NCBI GenBank assembly: GCA_048772705.1
Contig: JBLWGC010000202.1
Coordinates: forward strand, 248,001-312,000
Length of the DNA stretch: 64,000 nucleotides
Direction: 5' to 3'
Origin: Leidyana gryllorum EB-2025a
Lineage: Eukaryota > Protista > Apicomplexa
The position numbers and the translations under genes were made by a program. This document shows positions 56,937 to 64,000 of this stretch, piece by piece. The notes below the pieces were generated by a model that saw nothing but the letters and a program-made list of their open reading frames with translations, had not been told where the DNA came from and searched no databases. How positions within the stretch are numbered: position 1 is the first letter of the stretch; the number at the start of each line of letters is the position of its first letter.

Positions 56937-59900
56937 ATGGAAAGCGATACCAGTCGTTCCAGTAGTGGACACGGAGTCAAGCCGCGGTCTGCCTTCAACT
57001 TGCGAGTTCTTCGGTATGGTGGGCGGATGAATCGACATTCGTGGCGGCCTTTGGAACCGCCTGAACTTCACAGGCGGTCTGGGATGGGTGAAGTGGTGAT
57101 CTGAATTGATTGATTTTGTGTCCTCAACGTGTTTCGTGCAGCCACTCTTCTTCATCTCATTCGGTGATATGTTGGATGCAATGGATTGGAGGTTGATCGG
57201 TCGCTATCTGCGATCGATAACGCGGCTGGGGGCTGGAGTGTTCGTTCTATGTTGGATGATGATGAGCTGCAGAAGAGCAAGACATGTGCGCGATCAGATT
57301 CTGATTTCGTCAAGGCAATAACTCGACAAGAAATGGACGGTTCGATCAGTTTGATCGAGGTACGCCACGAAGTTGAATCTGTCCGAGCATGACGCTCTCC
57401 GATCGGGAAGTCGTTGTAGTGTTCGAGAATCTCGGAATGTTCGTGGGCTGTTACGGGCTCGCTTTCTACGAGGATGGCAATTGACACTGATCGCTAGTGT
57501 CACAGTAATACCTATCGTTGTCATATGCACCTTCATGACGTCTCTTGGCCAGTGCCGGGGCACGCGCTTCTTGTCACAGCCGGAAGTTTGGCCGAGGAGG
57601 CTATTGCCGCGATTCGAGCATTGCCGCTCTGGGCTTGAGAGGCGTATTACGGGAATATACCAAATACACGCATGAGGTTTCCGTCAAGTGCCGCGGTGCA
57701 CTGGCTGTGGGTCTCGGACTGGGCGGCATGGCGCTCTTTGACTTTAGCACGCAGAAGCAGTATTTGGGATGTGGTATGGAACGAGGCTGACGGCTAATGA
57801 CATTGAGAAATATGGCTACTATGAGTGTCTGGAGTACGAGTATTTGGGGTGTTTCGATGCGGGGCGAGCGTTTGCCATTGTGTTACTGCTCGTGACGGGC
57901 GCGTACTGCGATCGGCCAAGTTGGCCCTGGACTCAATGCCTTGGCGCGAGCGTCGGGGCTGTTTGTGAGATCGAGGCTTTGACCACTCGGACTTCTCTGA
58001 TGAATCCGGAGAGTGAGGAGGGAATGAAAAATGTCGCCGGACGGGATCCCGAACCGCTTGCGCGGCCACACGACGCTCGCATTCTCATATCCAACGCGCC
58101 CGGACAAGCGGATCTTCACCGGGTCTAACCTCCAGATCCCTGCTGGGAAGACTGTCGCTTTAGTGGGCGGCAGTGGAGCGGTAAAAGTACAATTGTCCAA
58201 TTACTGGAGCGGTACTACGATCCGCTGGAGGGTCGGCGCACACCTTCATTGACGGCGAGGATTTGTTGAATTACAACCTCAAGTGGATCAGAAGTCGGAT
58301 AGCATTGGTATCACAGGAACCCAAGTTGTTCGCCGCGAGTATAAGAGACAATATCAAAGCCGGAGGGATCCGGATTTGCGACCAAGTCACCGAGTCTGAG
58401 ATGATCACCGCGGCGAGGAATTCGAATGCTCACAACTTTATTATGGGGTTCCCTCGCCATTACGATACTTACTGTGGCGAAGGACAGTTGAACTGGCGGT
58501 CAGAAACAGCGCATCGCATATGGCCCGTTCGATCGTTCGCGACCCTCTAACCCCAGATGACTGAAGCCACAAGTGCGTTGGACAATGAGTCAGAGAAGAT
58601 CGTGCAGGAGACTCTCGATAATTCTGGTGGCTAAGATCAAGAAAACGACTATAATCATCGCCCATCGGCTCAGCACTGTACGCAAGGCGGATCTCATCAT
58701 AGTTTTGGACGCTGCTGATGACGGCAGTGGGTCCGTGGTGGTCGAACAAGGGACACACGAGGAACTGATGAAGCTGGAGAATGGCCTCTATCACTCGCTC
58801 GTACGCAATCAAGAGAATACCAAAGAGGACCCTGTGGCTGAGACATGCATGTCGAGGTGGCGAGCTCTTTGAGGCCGATCTGCGAAACGAGATCAGAGTC
58901 TGCTGCATCTGAGGAAAAAGTTCTCGGCTTAGCCATGCCTCTCTCCGGAGCAAAGGAGCTTCGCTTCGCTCACGAGACCAATGGAGACCGGAGCCGTTTT
59001 GGACTTGTGCGAGCCAAAGACAATCGGGGGTCCGAGAGAGGTGTGATGGGCGGAAGTGGGGCCGACACGTGCCGGGACCGGGGTTCGAGCACAGCCTTAG
59101 GCGCCGCATCCGCCGCTCCGCGGATGCATGTGGCCAACGTTTGGTGTTGTGGTCGGCTTCTTCATCAGTCCTTCTACTCGGACATCCCGGACGAAGTCCG
59201 TGCTGGGGCATGTGGGGCCGAGTGTTTATTGGATATGCCGTCGTTATGAGCATAGGTCAATTCGGGCAGTATTACTTCTTTGGGACCAATGGGACGAGAT
59301 CGACACAGTTGCTCCGAGTGCAAACATTCGGAGAGTATTATGCACCAAGACATGGCGTTCTTTGACGATCCTGTGAACACTACGGGGAACCTGAGCGAGA
59401 TTCTGAGCGCTGATGTTCTGGCTGACTGAAGGATGGGTGGGAGAGAATGTCGGCGTGACACCGTGCATCGCCAGTATCATCACGGCCATCGTGATTGGTT
59501 TTGAGGCCGACCTGAAGCTGGAGCGGCTCCAGCGTACATTGTACACAACAAGTTTGGCGGTCTATCGCGTGCCAGCGATACAGTCAATCGTGGAGAGGGT
59601 CAAGAAGGGGCCGGTTTCGTGGTCACGGAGACGATATCAAACATGCGGATGATCGCCGCGTATTCTCGTTGGAGAAGCACATGTGTGATCGGTATCATGC
59701 GATCGCGGAATGCGATTATCTCCACGGCAAACGTCGAGGAACAATCGCCAGTGTGGCCTATGCTCTCGTGTCGCGGCGAGTACTACTGTCAGGGCATTTT
59801 ATTACTATGGTGCCAGACTGATTGAGACGGGAAGCATTTCCACCAACCAGATGATCCGGCAACAACCGCCTTCGTCCTGGCCGCTCACTGCATCGGTCTG

Positions 59901-60817
59901 AGTATGGCCTATGCAGTCGACAACACCGCCATAAAGGAGGCCGCTGCCCGAATCTGGCGATAAAGAATCGAATACCGAAAGTGGATGCCAGGAGTCAGGA
60001 GGGAAGGACGTTGAAGCGGAGGGCTTGAGACTTCTTTGACCTTCAACAATGTCAAATTCCGATACCCGCAACGGATTGACGTTCCGGTTTATAACGGGTT
60101 GTCCTTGTGTCATTTGAGAGGCCAGGTGGTAGCTTTGGTCGGTCCCAGCGGGTGTGGCAAGTCATAGACGTACAACTGATAACGGTTCTACGATGTCAGT
60201 GAAGATGCGAGATTGAATGTGGATATTGACGGAGACAAAAAGTGCCGGTGGAAACACCTCCCAAATGGACGGAATCGATATTCGTGATCTCAACGTTCGT
60301 TCACTCCGCTCCACCATTGGACTTGTGAGTCAGGAACGGTGCTCTTCAACGAAAGCATTGCTGAGTATCGCGATGGCCAAAGAAGGGGGCGCCACGCTGG
60401 AGGAGGTGGGTAAGGCGGTCTGCAACTTGAATGCCCACGAGTTCATCATGCGATTGCCGGATGGTTACAAGACCCGTGCGGCAAAGGCGGTGGGAGGCTG
60501 AGTGGTGGTCAGAAGCAACGCATCGCCATCGCTCGAGTCTCATTTGAAATCCTTCACTCCTCATCTTGGATGAAGCAAAAACGAGTGCACTCGACACTGA
60601 AAGCGAAAAGATTGTGCAATCCGCCAGATGATCTCCTCCAAAGATATAAAACCACCACATTCGTGACCGCCACTCAGATGTCCGAGACGCGGATAAGATT
60701 GGCAGACGGTGAACGAGCATGGAGGGGTCTACGGTAGCTGAGACGGGAACCCATAATCAATTGATGAGTCTGAAGAATGGCATCTATCGTCGCCTAGTCG
60801 AAGCTGCCAATCGATAG
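56937..60817 (+). pseudogene. Full-length (TMD-NBD)x2 ABCB/MDR1 (P-glycoprotein)-type transporter, heavily frameshifted
   Basis: NBD1 fragments, in order: [15 protein letters not shown] (1-nt deletion ~58178), [68 protein letters not shown]2 fragments: GQVVALVGPSGCGKS, IGLVSQE, LSGGQKQRIAIAR, LILDEA, SALDTESEKIVQ, GTHNQLMSLKNGIYRRLV. Confidence 0.92.
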
Positions 60818-61470
60818 TCACAACCAAAACTGCAGACGAACATCGCTTTCCCGCCCACGATATTGGCACTCGACGTGGTGGTGGTCGGCGCTCTCCGAGT
60901 CAAACTAGTGACCGTTCAAGCCGCGATAAGTTGCTGACCGTACCTCTGCCCCGTTATACACTCTCTGCCACACGAAACTTCTCGAAATGGCAAATCTACA
61001 CCCCTCACTGCGGAGAGGCCACACACACTGGTGGGCTGACTGGGAGACAGCGAGACAAGCTAGCTCTCCTCCCTTCAATCTGATCACTCTTCATGTCAGA
61101 TTGTATGATCTGAAACTCGGTGTGAAGACTCGTTCTTTTCACCCCATTTGATGGCTTCCACGAGTGGTCTCGCCACCTGACTCACTCAGCCAGCCGGGGG
61201 ACGTCAATCGAATCCTGCAAGACACTGTTTTAGTGGGGGGCACTCACATATGCCACGTGTAACATATAATCAGAAGCGGCAAAGTGTCATGAGACTGCAT
61301 CACTGTCAACGAGTTTTGTCGAAGAGACAATCGACTTTTTGCGTCGACCGCTCCTCAGCACATTTTGGATCACCAGTGTTGAATCTTTCGAAGAAAGACC
61401 CCCAATAAGTGTTCATACAGAGCTGCTTTTGTATCGAGTCGTGTAGTGAACACGCCTCGTCTTTGCAATC

Positions 61471-61778
61471 TAATTCGTGACCGGCTGCACCGGCTGCTCG
61501 TCATATTCGTCCTCCTCCTAGCTCGACGGAGGCGGACGGACTATCAATGGGTTCCGTACCGGCCTCAGTCGATCGCGCATTGTTTCGTCCATTAGTTGTC
61601 ACTCCGGTTCGAAATCAGTGCCGAGCACACACGTGTGTTCGGATGTGGTGTCTCCGTGTCAGCCGGCACCAAATCACCGCCGGTACATTACGGCCATGCA
61701 AAATAAAATAAAACCGAAGACTAAAAGAGGTTCACTAAACTAGGGTTATGAGTACCCTACCATTTGGTGTCACACAAG
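61471..61778 (-). repeat. Right, inverted copy of the ~300-bp repeat at 48484-48772
   Basis: The reverse complement aligns block by block with 48484-48772. Confidence 0.9.
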
Positions 61779-63844
61779 GGTTCGCTGGATCACAGTCCCA
61801 CGCTCTTTCTGAATTACGACAGTGTCCAGCCTCAACCGGTAATGTGTTCTTGAGCACCAGAAGTTATGCATCAAGCGTTAGCAAGCTCTCGGCTGGAGGC
61901 GGGCTGTTTTTCAGTCGGGACTAAGAGAGACAGACAAAATAGTCCGTGCAACTCGATCAAGAGACCGACAGCCACGATTCATTGTGAGACGGTGATTCAT
62001 AGACACTTAAGAGGATTGGGGTCCAAACACCGAAGTCTCGTCCGATACCCGAGTGAAGAGCGATGGACCTACAACGGTGACACTCTGACTCCGAAGAGGC
62101 CTCAGACACGAGAAATCCCAATTCCAGCGGAGAATCGCAGTCGGCTGTCAGATATTCACGTGCGGCCGACGCATGCCCTCCCTGAGAGCTGAGACAAGAC
62201 TGAAGCAGTCATTACAAATGCTTTCGGTGATTAAATGGTTACAATTCCCGCCAGCCGGTCTGTGGATCGTTGGAATCATTTGAGCGACTTTGCCGTCTGC
62301 GGGAGAACGAGAATTCGAACAGACGAGCCCGGCCTGTACGCAGCCGCTGTTGGTTTTCCTGTGAGGTTTTCCTCACACGTATCCCAATGTTCAGATAGAG
62401 ATTCATTCTAGAAAACTGAAATGCCAACAGGCAACATCGTGTACATCACAAACAAGGGCTCCCTCGCCAAGGTCGGACCTCATTGAGTGTCCACCTCCGT
62501 CTTGGACACTGCTAACCACGACTGTGTGGTCCTCTATTGAGAATGCGAGGACCCAACTAGTGCCCACCAAAAGGCATTCTTCAAGAACTCGCGGTGGTGA
62601 GCAAAGCTCTTCGCCTCCTTACGGTGAGTGGCTTTCCACTCGCTTCGTGTGAAGAGACCGCGACCGCGGTGGAACTTTTTAGTTCCATTGCGGTCGTTGT
62701 GTCAAGCGGGGAGAGTATTCATTAGCCCATAGTTAGGACGCCATTTTGATGTCAGTCTGCCTTACCAGACTGCTTTTGCTTTGTGCTTAATTACGAACCA
62801 ATGTGTATATCTCCGATTATTCAAAAGCCTCCGTAACCCCTTCGCATCACTTCATCCGGTCTTTGCCAAGTAATAAACCGCGCTTCCGCCATAACCCTCC
62901 GCGCGATCAATCAGAATACTTTTGGATCGGGAATCTCGACGGCTTCTTGACCTCCTCAAAATTCCCAACGTTTTTTGGCCACTTTTGCGCAAAGCCATTG
63001 TTACTGTCTCCGTCTATCGGGCCACTCGCCACTTAGCCTTCCAGAGATGGACAGAACAGTCAGTGCAACTCGATTAGACAGAGGCGGTGCGTAGAATCAT
63101 TGAGGGTGGATGATTTAAAGGATAGTTGAGGGGATGTGAACAGAGCCCTCATCTGATACCGGAGACATGCGAGGGGCGGACACTTCCAAGGGTGAGACTC
63201 TGAGGCTCCGAAAGGGGCCGGCATTCGTTCACCGAAAAAATACACGCTGTAATTATTTCCACTGCCTTTAGTCACTGTTTCTCCCTCATTACCCTACCGA
63301 CCACTGGTTGTCAAGCCCGTAGATAACCACAAAGTATCATGCGGCGCCAGATCTATGCAAAAAACTTCAACTTGGTAAAAGACACGAACTTTGAACCGCT
63401 TTGAGCTACGGGATGCGCGTTCTGTATCGTGGCAGACATTCTGGCTAAGTTTGGCAGTTCGGATTAGTCGGACAAGTAAAAAGGTCGAGCTTCGCACATG
63501 TGTGTGTCTTGCTCTTCGGCCTGATGAGAGTCGTGGATGTCCTGTGACGTGGTGGGGTGGCATAAGGACCTCATGAGCCCCTCGTCAACCCGCTATTGTC
63601 GTTTGGATGATCGCAGAGCGGGGCGTGGCCCACGTGTGACAAAGCCTACCTCTCCTTGGGTACGTCCGGCTCGGGCGGTGTACCCGTCCAGGAGAGGTCC
63701 GCTGTCGTTGGCAAGTTTGCAGTTCCATTTCGAATACTGTGCGTGGCATATAATACAGAAACACATAGAGGTCCCCCACTTTACTCATGGGGAGTCTTCT
63801 TGAACCATTTTACTCGTTCGATAAGCCAGACACGGCCCGACGAG

Positions 63845-63994
63845 GTAGTACTGTAGTATGGGATGATGGGAATGGAACGGTTGCGATTCTTCACATGCAG
63901 ATCATAATGCGCTAAGAAATTCTTAGCGCATTATGATCTGCATGTGAAGAATCGCAACCCGAACCCATTCCCATCATCCCATACTACGTACTAC
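63845..63994. repeat. ~150-bp palindrome: perfect 40-bp inner arms around a single base at 63919, imperfect outer arms
   Basis: 63879-63918 is the exact reverse complement of 63920-63959. GTAGTACTGTAGTATGGGATGATGGGAATGG pairs with CCATTCCCATCATCCCATACTACGTACTAC with one bulge. Confidence 0.95.
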
Positions 63995-64000
63995 ATTCAG

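Noticed and set aside
37891-62640. Alternative genetic code to explain in-frame stops in the right half
   Set aside because: Conserved genes in the left half end in TAA, TAG and TGA and have no internal stops, so the standard code applies.
62420-63060. Coding-like fragments with several in-frame TGA codons
   Set aside because: Stop density is about that expected by chance and no family is recognisable.
1-64000. CRISPR array, rRNA, transposase or reverse-transcriptase genes
   Set aside because: No repeat-spacer array, rRNA signature, DDE or RT motif was seen.

Overview
Eukaryotic nuclear DNA from a very compact protist genome. Most introns are short GT-AG introns of about 30-60 nt. The RPL24 N-terminus and the MDR1-type NBD insertions suggest an apicomplexan or gregarine relative (inference). 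The window has two compartments. Positions 1-34.8 kb are a gene-dense core of intact, spliced genes: a >1689-aa cadherin-like/multi-TM surface protein missed by the ORF track, an Sfp-type PPTase, PUS10, a large-subunit (KatE/HPII-type) catalase, a Glu/His-rich secreted protein, RPL24, ATAD3, a ~2000-aa hypothetical protein, a CobW/COG0523 GTPase, a Nup155/170-like nucleoporin, CK2-beta and RPL38. Positions 34.8-64 kb are an accessory, subtelomere-like zone. It holds an expanded family of F-box-like/LRR-like genes in every state from intact to decayed, an ORF resembling bacterial filamentous-haemagglutinin/CdiA beta-helix repeats with one in-frame TAG, a full-length but shattered ABCB/MDR transporter, a ~300-bp inverted repeat pair 13 kb apart, and a ~150-bp palindrome at the window end. 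All homology calls come from motif recognition by eye; no database searches were run.
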